In this document: one piece after another, positions 11,480 through 22,452 of the stretch | Layout of the letters: the number at the start of each line of letters is the position of its first letter | How positions within the stretch are numbered: position 1 is the stretch's first letter | Assembly (NCBI GenBank): GCA_965235115.1 | Contig: OZ249436.1 | Coordinates: 52,328,001 to 52,392,000 of the forward strand | DNA length: 64,000 nucleotides | Source of the DNA: Laetmonice hystrix | Lineage: Eukaryota | Direction: 5' to 3' | The notes under the pieces: generated by a model | Told to the model about the DNA's origin: nothing | Databases searched by the model: none | What the model saw: only the letters and a program-made list of their open reading frames with translations | Position numbers and translations under genes: made by a program

Positions 11480-11574
11480 TGTGGTTTTCTCGACGTCTAG
11501 CTTTTTAAACCATGTCCCTTTTCCGTGTTGACGCCCGTGTTGTCAGTCTCGGGCTGAGACAGCAGCGTGTTCGT

Positions 11575-11585
11575 AGTCTTTTTAC
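11575..11585 (-). other. Non-tRNA primer-binding site GTAAAAAGACT (element sense) abutting the 5' LTR
   Basis: Lacks the TGG start of a tRNA PBS; exact reverse complement of LTR positions 11678-11688. Confidence 0.75.
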
Positions 11586-11849
11586 TGTTCTGTCCCCGAC
11601 TGCACAGAAAGTATAACCCAACAACAAGCCTCCATTCCAATTGACTTCTTGGTTTATTAGATGTTTGTCGTGTAGAGGTAAAAAGACTGTACGCGAACCC
11701 TAGAGCCGCTTCTCGCCAACTCTCGCTTATTCTCCGAGATTAAAACACCGCCATCTAGTGGCCAAAGTCAGAACCCTCAAAAACCAAATCTTCCCCTCCG
11801 CCAGAGGGCGCTAAACTAAACTTAAATATATACTAGTACTACCAGCACA
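11586..11849 (-). repeat. 5' LTR of the BEL/Pao element
   Basis: Direct repeat of 4939-5202; AATAAA in element sense at 11658-11653. Confidence 0.97.
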
Positions 11850-12035
11850 ATCGATGCACTTAATTATTAGTTTACGAGAAGAAAAGAAATTGAGTTTACT
11901 GCCGTGCATTGCTGATCGTTGCGCGACGTCGTGATGGGACGACTCCATGATATACGACTTCTCCATAGGGACGGTCTCTATCTCCGACAGAGTATTACTG
12001 GCTATATGAACTTATATTGTTAATCAGTTGGATGG

Positions 12036-12660
12036 CAGACGTCGAGCTCTCACAGGGTATGGCTGATGAACTAAACGCTCATGAATTACAGATCGTCAGG
12101 GTGTTCTTGTTTGATTCAAAGGAGAAATGTACAACAAATGATTATTAAAACAATGAATATGAAATGTGAATGGACGTCTGTATTATTGCCTTTGTTTTAC
12201 CCCACACCTGCATTCTATAACAATAGGGCCTATAATTTATATATGTCATTGACACGACACGTCACCATCACACAGACGGAAAGATACTACACTAAATGCA
12301 GCTTTGTCCTGTAACTGTTATCATTTTTGAACGCGGTTAACTTGATACAATGTAACTCGGCCATCTTCCTCCAGTCATTTATCACTGAACACCAGTGTCT
12401 TGAACATTGCATGTAAAATCCTGCTTGGGTCAGTTCCATTGCCTTCAGCGTTTTAAGGCACAGGCTTGTCGAAAATCACGTTAGAACCACCGCAAGGCCT
12501 CCATGTATACTCACCTTTCACAGTAGTGGTTCGAAATAAATGCCCCCCCCCCTCCAAGAAGTCATATGTCGAACATGACATCTGTGTCAATATCACGGGC
12601 TTCAGCAGCGCCGCCATTCATTAATGTTCCGGTCTATATCTATTTGCGCATTGATACGCA
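12036..12660 (+). repeat. Segmental duplicate copy B (of 1-645)
   Basis: Roughly 98% identical to the window start by eye over ~570 bp; lacks the ETS/CRE/NRF1 block of copy A. Confidence 0.93.
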
Positions 12661-14641
12661 TTATGTGGTTGTGTGAATGGTGTGGATTCTGCAGTGTACG
12701 GTTTGCACAAGGTTCGCAGGGTAACAGGGTCTTTGCAGGAGAGGTCCCATGGCTGAAGGGGGTTTAAACTTCTTGATCACACACTGAATATTGCTGAAAT
12801 ACTGCTGGTAAGGCGTAACACTTCTTTGATATGACTTGTTGAGGGTCGACTATTTATATTCCTGTCAACTGTTACCATGACATGGGAATTCCTGTCACCT
12901 GTTAACATGATATGGGAAGAAAGAAGGGAAAACAAAGGCAAAAAGAGAAGGAAAGAAAGTTAAATGGCGGATTGGAAATAATGACAAAGAAAAGACAGAT
13001 AACAAGTGAAAATGTGGTACAATATGCAAAGCAGAAAATAGTAAACGAAAGATTAAAATGAAGGAACGAAAATGGTGACAGTAAAAACTGGATAGACAGG
13101 GAACAACGAAAAGAAATACAGAAATCAACCCACGAAGAATGGTTCTAATACTTGTTTTCCTGCGTCTTCATCTTCACCTTCATGTTGATCACCTTCTTTG
13201 CCCCGCGTCCTGTTTCGCACCTCCTTTTATCGAACTCCGAACCCATGTATACCGAGACTATTACCCGTAGCGTCCGTGCCATCTTTAATTTGATAAGTCG
13301 ACGTTCACTTTGTAACATGTCTGGACGGCTGTCCCCGACTCTGGAAACTGGTCTTTAAATTCAAAGTGACAGTGCACTTTAAATTAAATATCGCATGGAT
13401 CCGTCGTCATTTTAAGTCGCACCTGTCCGGGGAGGTCGAACAATCAACTAGTAAGTGGCCACCTGGCTCTGTCTTACCGTAAGAGACCGTTTAGTCGCGC
13501 TTAACGCGAGACGTTATTCCCAACTTTACACAGCAACAGCCCCCTGGCTGTTGAACGAGACACACATAAGGTAACGAAGATCTGGGACGTGTTTTTCGGC
13601 ATGCATAAACGTCTTATTAAAATAAATCCATCCCATAGATCTGTCAGGAATATACATCAATCGTCATCCGATCATGCCAAGCGAACGTAATAGTTTTGAT
13701 TTGGCGTTTAAAAACTAGTCTCGTTCGATATGGCTTTACAATACGAAACGGCTGGCGTGAATGAACAAAATGAACAAACAATTGTTTAGAAGGTTAATAA
13801 CCTGGCATCAGCGTATCAGTCATGGACTTCAGGTGAATTGTGTCTCCTACAATGATATCAGGAGAACCGATTAATGGTAATGTGCTCATCGCACTGAATA
13901 CTAGAGATCTGTATGAGGGAAGTGGTCGCATTACAAATTACATCAAAGGCCATTACAGCATAGTGTTTATATCATAAAGCTAAATGACTGGTCTGAAGGG
14001 TCAAATTGATTTGTTGCCTAATGGAATGTGCCGAGCATCCTTCTAATAGCTTTGTAGACCTTGTGCCAATACCCAAATACTGCCAAATGTAAATACTCAG
14101 TGTAGGAAAAAAGGTTTTAATTTTAATAAGCAGAATATACTGGAACAATATACCACTCTCACAAAACATTGTGTAAAGCGGCTAGACGGGTTCAATATAA
14201 CTGCTCTGAAAACTGATTTTTTCGCTTTGTATACTTTTATCCGGGAAAGCACTTTTGTGATAATCATTGTTAGTCCAGACCATCACTGTACCAATTGTTC
14301 CAATCCAAGACACTCATCAGCTTGTGGAAGTACTTTTGTTATCAGTATCCAACGATGCTATTAAACGTGCTCATAATATATAGGCCTCTGTATACATAGG
14401 AATGTACATACGAACACACTGTCCTATTAATATGTATGAGTATAATCTTTTCCTGTATTCCCTATGGATCATCCTTGCCACGCCTACCACTGCGCTACTC
14501 CTTATATATGGACATCAAGAAGTGGATCCACAAATCTTGTCTTTCCGAGAGCCGCCTACCCACATTTTCTCTGTTGGCTGTCTTGAGGTCGTTTCATCCC
14601 AGACAGATCCGGTCACCGCAGACAACCGTCCGAGGGCTGCC

Positions 14642-16054
14642 ATGAAGCCGCATCCATTTCTACTGCTCGCGCTGGTGACATTCACCATAGGCGAACCTAT
14701 AGGTACATAATTCCTTTTTCCGTCACGCCATATTCACATGCAATCGTCACTTTTGGGGGAGCTGGGGCAATTTAGGAACTGAACTATAAGCTTTAATGTA
14801 CGTGAAATCGTCAAAATCCCACATGGTTAAATTGAATTTTATATTTTTGTACTGATGGGCATCTACATGGAGCGATTAATTAATCTTGCCATATTCAAAA
14901 GCGGCTACCTATACACCATGAGCAAACACCATCCACCTCTCTCAGAAACGCTTTCATGCAGTGTTGGATCCCCGCCTGGATGAAGGTGACTTGTCTAACT
15001 AGACCTCACTGCCTTGAATCGTTGTACAAACCTTAGAAACATCATCCTATGTTATCTTATTGTTACAGTGAATAACCGCGTAGACGCTGGAGGGGATGTA
15101 GCGAAGGAGGTGGAGGGCAAGAGTGGTTACGGCGGACACTATGGCGGGTACGGCCTTGGCCACGGACATGGTGGTCACTATGGCGGACACGGTGGTCACT
15201 ACGGCGGACATGGTGGTCTCTACGGCGGACACGGTGGTCACTACGGCGGACACGGTGGTCACTACGGCGGACATGGTGGTCTCTACGGCGGACATGGGGG
15301 TCACTACGGCGGACACGGTGGTCACTACGGCGGGCATGGTGGTCACTACGGCGGACACGGTGGTCACTACGGCGGACACGGTGGTCACTACGGCGGACAT
15401 GGTGGTCACTATGGCGGACATGGTGTAGGTCACGGCGGAGGGTATGGACACTATGGGCATGGCCACGGTCACGGCGGTCATGGTTACGGAAATGGTCACT
15501 ACGGTGTCGGCCATGGTGGTTACGGTTACGGACACGGTCACGGTAGTCTACACCATGGAAGTGGACATCATCACGGCGGTGGCGGCTACGATTACGGAAA
15601 CAATCAGGCTCACCACGGGGGTCACAAAGACAGCTACCACCACGACAACCATAAGGTTGGATCACATGGAGGTCATGGTTCACATCAAGGAGGTAGCAAA
15701 CATGACGGAGGGGACCAGTGGTACGGGGGAAGTCACAGTAAGGGACATGGCGGCGAGTCCGGCCATGGTCACGCCGACCAAACCTGGAACGGGAAGAGCC
15801 AAGAAGGGTATCACAAGGGGGAAGAAGACAAGTACAGCCACTATGGGACGAAGACGAAAAATTACCATTATGGAGGAGCCGGCTGGTACAAGGAGAACAG
15901 TCAAGGTCATGTAACCGGCCAGGGTCACGCGGGCAAGCACGGTACCGGACATTTCGGTGGGCACAAACACGCCAATAAATACGAGCAGGCCAACAATCAT
16001 TACGGCAACCAACAGAAGGCAAGCGGTCACAAACAGTACTACGGCTACAACTAA
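14642..16054 (+). CDS. Secreted Gly/His/Tyr-rich structural protein, paralog 2 (348 aa)
   Basis: join(14642..14702,15069..16054). Signal-like MKPHPFLLLALVTFTIGEPI; donor AG|GTACAT; phase-1 acceptor gttacag|tg; GGHYGGH repeats; 111-aa C-terminal domain; AATAAA at 16106-16111. Confidence 0.87.
15170..15421 (+). repeat. Coding 21-bp tandem repeat (GG[H/L]YGGH x12)
   Basis: Twelve in-frame units; Leu variants at units 3 and 6 suggest a 63-bp higher-order duplication. Confidence 0.95.
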
Positions 16055-17227
16055 TGTGAAGTCCTATTATGTATTGCTTTTACACAGTAGATCTAAACTT
16101 ATGAGAATAAATTAGAGGAAGCGCTCAACCCAGTGTGTCTGCCTTTTTAGTCCTAGGCCTATTCAGCATTCATCTGTTAATTCTACAGTTTAGCTCCCTG
16201 GTCGGTATCAAGGATAGGAACGATCGTAAGATATATCAGAAATTAATTTCGGAATTTTCACACATATAAGGATAACGTCGGCGTACATCTCATGTAAAAC
16301 GCGCTTCTGTAACGTCTCACCAATGTGCAGACTGGTTTCCTGCAGGTATCCTGCCCTACAGCCTGGTCCCCAGCTCTAGTATACTGACTACGTACGCCTA
16401 TAGAGCCATGGAGGCTCAATCTCCCATGATGCAGAGGGGCTCGCTCCGCTTCCCTCTCTGCCACACATAACTTTTTACGGACAAAATCGGGCCCCTACGC
16501 GTTTAATCCCGTTTTTGTAAAATCGGCCGCCCTGTATGGTATCTGTAAAATTTAACGTACTTCCAAATCCCCAAACCGAGATTATACAAAGTGGCATTCA
16601 CCGTACAAGAAAAATACCTGATGAAATATTAGGAACTACATTTCCGGAGGGAAATCAGCTAGTCGCATGTCGGTTGGTCAATTTCGGGATGATTCAAAAT
16701 ACTTCGGGTGTTTCCGACTAGGTACTTTCATTCCAACATAGCGGCTGCAGATGATTTCTCCGAAGATTTGGATTTTTGTGTGGCATCATATTCTGAGTGG
16801 CTGCGCCTTAAATGTAAATAACAAGTGTCTGCCCCCATGCAGGGTGGTGAAGGCTAACGAAGAGAGCGCTGTAATTGGCCCATCAAAAACATGGACGCAA
16901 ACGTTCTAGGTAGTTCCGTATTTCCGTATCTCCGTATTTCCCCCAACAAGATACAAATATTTTCGTGAATCCTTTTATAATAGGCCTACAAGTGTTAAAT
17001 GTCCTCACTTTTCTGGATGTAGACATAGTGTCATCGGTCCCTACGCCAGGCTACCATATGCATCACACATGGCCGTGTTCTTCTTTCCTCTTGTCGGTTT
17101 AAATCCATTGGTAGACATAGACAGGCCTACTCGGTAGAATTTTTAAACTGCTCGGATAAAACAAGAGCAAATCTAAAAGATCTGAAAAGGTCAGTTTTTA
17201 GAAAAGCTCCAGGACGCCATACTTACT

Positions 17228-17417
17228 CAGGGCCGTAGCCTGGCCCAAATGCGAGGGGGGGGGGGGCAGTAGGCCTGCCAAGTGATAGCGCGTCATTGCG
17301 CCGATCGAGCTGGCCCGGGGTGTGGGTTAAAAAAACGCAAACAAACTGGAAATCCCAGGGGGCAGCTGCCCCCCCTGCCCCCCCTGCCCCCCCCCCCCCC
17401 CGCAGGCTACGGCCCTG
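17228..17417. mobile_element. MITE with 15-bp perfect TIRs and a 6-bp flanking direct repeat (hAT6-like)
   Basis: CAGGGCCGTAGCCTG ... CAGGCTACGGCCCTG; CTTACT on both flanks. Confidence 0.75.
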
Positions 17418-18804
17418 CTTACTTATATACAACCAGTTGCTAATGTACGGAGGTATGCAAGTGGTAACCTGATAAGTAAACTACTGTCTTTGATTATCGG
17501 TGACATGTTGCATATATATGAGCACTCGCTTTCGAAACGCTGAAAAAAAACTAAAGTATTTAGGGATTATTTAAAAAGCGAAGAGTTTATATATTTGCTT
17601 GACTGCAGTCATCTGTATAGGCCTACCATATGGCTAATCTATTAAAAATACATGACGTGCTACCAATTATGCCTCCAGCACAATTTGTCATAAAATAATA
17701 TATCAGGCCGGAAGATTGTAACCCAGATACTGGAACGTACGGAGCTCTGTTCATCCCATGGGGTGAAGTTACGGAACAATATTTTATGACAGCCGCTACC
17801 TGTTTGTTTTCTACCAAATAGTCAGTGACTGATCCACCAGTACTGACATGAAAACATAATATAATATATGACCTTGTGACCTTCTTTGATTCATTGGTTT
17901 CTTTGCCCACAACCTTTGCCTAATTTGTCCGTTAGGTGCTGCTTACATCAACATGGTACATAGACTTACCACCAGGGGGTCTCAATGATCCAGTGTTGTC
18001 GATCGAAAGCCGCTCGTCCCTGGCCAACATAGTTTGAAGTATTGCCAGAGGTTTATAGTACAATAGCAAATTGACTCAGCTATGCCGTTGTCGGCATTTT
18101 TGACATGTACCCTTGACTTGACCTATACTATCGGAGTGACCCTGTGAATACGAATGGCCAGTGTCGCTGAAGAAGTTTAATTTCATTGCACTTCTTGCTA
18201 TTCTTACGTTTTCACCTTGGATTGCCTTCAGGGATAGCTACTATCAAAATACAATCCCCTGGACATCAAATGACCTAGGTTTGCGATTTTGACAGCTGCT
18301 CTAATCACTGATTTCGCCGGCACATTGATAACGACATACCCATAACGATTGTTTGTGCCGCCTGAAGGACACAAACCTTTAATATTCCATGGCACGATGA
18401 CCCGGAAATAATCGAGTGGCGTGTTACGCGAAATTGATTAGGTCGAAACTTGCAAAGCTCGACGTCCATGACAGTAAACCAATGTGCACATATACATCAA
18501 GACTGTAATTGTTTTATTGTGAACGTTTTATTAGGAGACTACCCTTTGAAAACTCATTAAAGCTGCCCAACCTGTCCATGTGGACACGCACGCACAACAA
18601 CGTGTTAGTAAATTATGACAGTTCCCAGGGCCAGGGCGGGTGGTTGTGACTGTGACGGATTGTACGAGCCGTGATAGGCCGACACTCACGCCCAAATACT
18701 TGGACACGGAAACACGTATCAAAAAACCTGACGGTTATTATAGGAGCAAGTACCGGCAAGTGGAACGCGGCCCTCTACCCTACTGGACGACGTGACGGTC
18801 CGGA

Positions 18805-18837
18805 TATAAAGAGGCGTGTCAGCTTTGCCGTCAGTCT
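18805..18837 (+). promoter_or_regulatory. Core promoter of paralog 3 (TATA box plus TCAGT initiator)
   Basis: TATAAA at 18805-18810; TCAGTC at 18831, giving canonical ~28-bp spacing; ATG at 18992. Confidence 0.7.
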
Positions 18838-18991
18838 ATTGGCAGGACATCGAGCTGTAAACACTCGGGAGGTACCAGTTTGGGAAGGATGCTACTATAG
18901 GAAGAGGGAGCCTGCATCAAGGATTAGAGAAGAGAATTAGAATCTTGGACTTAACGGTGTACGTTCGTAGTGGATCCAGGGAGTCTCCATC

Positions 18992-21532
18992 ATGAAACCA
19001 ACTAGTCTGATCGTGTTGGCTCTGGTCGTATTAACCCAGGATGTCTTCAGTCGAGAGCTTATTCGAGGTAAGTCCAATGGGCCGGTTGATTGTAAATGCT
19101 GTCATATATCATAGTTGAATGATTCTTTTTTTTGAAATATGAAAAAGATTCCACGGTCTAATTCAAGTAAATATGGTAGGTCTATACAAAGGACGGTGGG
19201 TAAATTACTTTGAGACGTTTGTTCATTATCTGCAGTAAACGGGTTGGTCTCTCCAAACGTGTATTTAAAAAAGTTCAGAAAACGAAAAAAAAGTTTGATT
19301 ATTTGTCACGTAGAAAATATAGATAGCTTTTGCCTGGGTTAGTGAAAAAAAGGTTTCTTTATTGAAACCATAGCCTCCGCCCGTATCCAATGGTCCAGCC
19401 CTTATATTTATTAGTCAATACATGAAATATTTGGCTCGATTTTACAAATTGAAATGGGCAAATCAGCAACGTTTCTTTCCGTTCGTTAACACTGACCAGA
19501 TACAGCAGGAAGACAACATACCAAATGGGATTTATCCGCACTCCAGAATATTTCTAATTGACAAAAAGGGGCACGTTTTGTATCTAACGCCACCTAATCA
19601 CATCGGGGTAGGGGGTGCCNNNNNNNNNNNNNNNNNNNNNNNNNNNNNNNNNNNNNNNNNNNNNNNNNNNNNNNNNNNNNNNNNNNNNNNNNNNNNNNNN
19701 NNNNNNNNNNNNNNNNNNNNNNNNNNNNNNNNNNNNNNNNNNNNNNNNNNNNNCTGTTGTCTCCTGGACCACTTTGGAACCTTATCGTTGAATGAGCAAG
19801 TGTTAGCTGTCCCATACTGCGTCTGCAATCTGCAAGGCGAACACCAGAGTACCGCAAAACAGACAAAGGGGCCCATTGTCCCCGGATCCCCTCGAGAAGT
19901 GAATACTTGGGAGCTGAGTCCACTGATCCCAGAACCTCTCTATTATCATCTTATACTTGGGAGCTGAGTCCACTGATCCCAGAACCTCTCTATTATCATC
20001 TTATACTTGGGAGCTGAGTCCACTGATCCCAGAACCTCTCTATTATCATCTTATACTTGGGAGCTGAGTCCACTGATCCCAGAACCTCTCTATTATCTTA
20101 TACTTGGAAGCTGAGTCCACTGATCCCAGAACCTCTCTATTATCATCTTATACTTGGGAGCTGAGTCCACTGATCCCAGAACCTCTCTATTATCATCTTA
20201 TACTTGGGAGCTGAGTCCACTGATCCCAGAACCTCTCTATTATCATCTTATACTTGGGAGCTGAGTCCACTGATCCCAGAACCTCTCTGTTATCCGCTTC
20301 ATGTTTTATATGTAAATGTTTGTCACTTACTTGCTGCAAGGTCGATGGTTTCCTCGGGTACTCGGGTTCCGCCAACTGTCAAACTGACCGCCTTGATATA
20401 TCACTGTCTGTTACGAAGGCATAACGGTATCTCCGATCCCAATTCTGATTCCAATCACACGAAATCGATCTATATGATCTAACCGGGATGAGCTGGAGTT
20501 GAGGGATAATCTGTAATTGATTGATGACCCATATAACAAAGGTCTTTGCAAGTTTCATCAGTGGTTTATGTCAGTGGTTAGGGAGGCAGTGGGGGTTAAT
20601 AGGTCTGATTACGCAAATGGCCTCAAACTTTTGGATCATTTACAAATAATTATTCCAAGTCTGTTTGGCTGGTCCATCACAGGCAGCTCAAGCTTCAGTA
20701 ATCTTGAACTTAACTTTTTAACATTGTGTAGAGGGCTCGCAAAACCAGCCCCTCATTTAATTTAGAAGCAGTTTAGAGGGGTGCACGGGTAGGCTCCCTC
20801 CCTCCCTGCCTCGCTCCCTCGCTCCCTCCCTCCCTCCCTCCCTCCCTCCCTGTTGCGACGGACTCATGTCAGTGACACTGAGCCTACTTCACGTCTTCAG
20901 AGTCTGAGTGTGCATTTCAACCACCTCTCTAACCGAAACATCGAAATCGTAGGATATGCTTACCTGTCTAGGATCCATCAGAGAACAAGCACCTCACATT
21001 GTGCAGAATTCCTTTAACGGCTGGTGCCCACTCTAGCATTATCGGTTTCCTTCCACTCCCAAGACTTTCAAACTTTGGAATCGTAACGATTCATGCAACC
21101 TCTCGAATTCTGGTGGACGTTATCGTGAGCCGTGGCCACAAAGGTTGGCGCCTGAATTATTCTATCCAAGCGCGTTGAAGGCGTCACCTAGTGGAATTAC
21201 TAGAAGGCATGTACTCCGTGCTGACAACTTGGCGTACAGGTGGCGCCACCGTCTATTATCGCTAGTTGTATTGAATATGCTAAAAGCTAGAATGTCTTAT
21301 CGGCTTCACTTAGTTTCATGTGACATCGCTTGCAGCATCTGGATATTATGTCTGTTTGAACTTAAGGGTTAAAGGGGTAATTTTACTTGATAATTCACAG
21401 TGGTCATCAATGGGCACATCAGCAGCCAGACCGCAACTGGCATAGGCTACTACTAAGACGCCATCTGTCGATACAACTTCCCCACTGACTTAGGAGTCTC
21501 CCCCTGTCTCTCTGTCTCTGTCTGTCTGTCTA

Positions 21533-21598
<66 letters not shown>

Positions 21599-22452
21599 GG
21601 GGGGGGGGGTAGGGGGTGGCGGGATTAAACCCCTTTGCCATCCTGCCATGCCCATATAACCTGAATTGGGAGAATCATATTGTGGGGGTTCTGCAAGAAC
21701 TCCTTCACAGCTCTGATGTAGTGACTTATCTAGTCCACATCACTGCATGCTAAAACAGTAAATGGTCCGTAGAGTTTACACTGATGGGTCTTTGTTGCTG
21801 TGTTCCAGGGTATGATGCCTACGACAATGGCAGGGACTACAACAGAGGATATATTGTGGGCGACACTGCCGTCAACGCGGTGAGAGAAGAGGAGGTTGAG
21901 GGAAAGGCGGGCTACGGTCACGGTTACGGTGGCCACGGCGGTGGTCATCACGGCGGTCACGGCGGTCATCATGGCGGCGGCCACTACGATCACGGTCATC
22001 AGGAATCACACCACGGCCATGATCACGGCGGACACTCCCACGGCGAACACGGCGGCGGTCATCACGGCGGCCACGGTCAACACGAAGGTGGGGAGAACTT
22101 TGACGGCGCCGTCAAGTGGCACGGATCGCATCACGGTCAGGGCAGCGGCAAGGGCGGCGGTCACGGGCACTTCGGGAAACACTGGGAGGGCAAGGACCAC
22201 GGAGGCTTCAAAAAATCCGGCCACGACCAATACCACCATCACGGACATAAGGAAAAGCATTACCACTACGGGGGCTCGGGATGGTACAAGGAGGTCTCTA
22301 AGGGCCAGGTTCATGGTCATGGAAACGCAGGAGGTCACGGTCATGGCCACTTTGGAGGTCACAAGCACGGCAAAGATCATCACCAAGGTCATGACCACCA
22401 TGGACATCATGGGCACACTGGCGGCCACAAACAGTACTACGGTTACAATTAA
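18992..22452 (+). CDS. Secreted His/Gly-rich structural protein, paralog 3 (239 aa)
   Basis: join(18992..19067,21809..22452). Signal-like MKPTSLIVLALVVLTQDVFSRELIR; consensus donor AG|GTAAGT; phase-1 acceptor ttccag|gg; 111-aa C-terminal domain. The intron spans an N gap. Confidence 0.85.
19620..19753. other. Assembly gap (N run)
   Basis: Run of n characters. Confidence 1.
19903..20294. repeat. 50-bp minisatellite, ~8 copies (one 47-bp variant)
   Basis: Unit atacttgggagctgagtccactgatcccagaacctctctattatcatctt repeated head to tail with no spacers. Confidence 0.95.
20250..20430 (+). mobile_element. Degenerate invertebrate SINE (V/Meta-domain-like body)
   Basis: gtttgtcacttacttgc...aggtcgatggtttcctcgggtactcgggttcc...aaactgaccgcc resembles the widespread mollusc-type SINE core; recognised from memory, not searched. 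Confidence 0.55.
20795..20850. repeat. (CCCT)n microsatellite
   Basis: Direct inspection. Confidence 0.9.
21505..21596. repeat. Compound (TCTG)n/(TC)n microsatellite
   Basis: Direct inspection. Confidence 0.95.

Larger units (their letters stand above)
4939..11849 (-). mobile_element. Full-length intact BEL/Pao LTR retrotransposon
   Basis: TG...CA 264-bp LTRs at 4939-5202 and 11586-11849, identical by eye; 5-bp TSD ATCGA (4934-4938, 11850-11854); PPT GACGGGGAG (5203-5211, minus strand); single gag-pol ORF in PR-RT-RH-IN order. Confidence 0.97.

Noticed and set aside
12895-13140. Purine-rich stretch and hydrophobic 77-aa ORF
   Set aside because: Low-complexity GA-rich DNA; hydrophobicity comes from T-rich codons on the opposite strand.
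19903-20294. CRISPR-like appearance of the 50-bp array (also 34302-34431 and 39054-39247)
   Set aside because: Units are contiguous with no unique spacers, there are no cas genes, and the context is eukaryotic.
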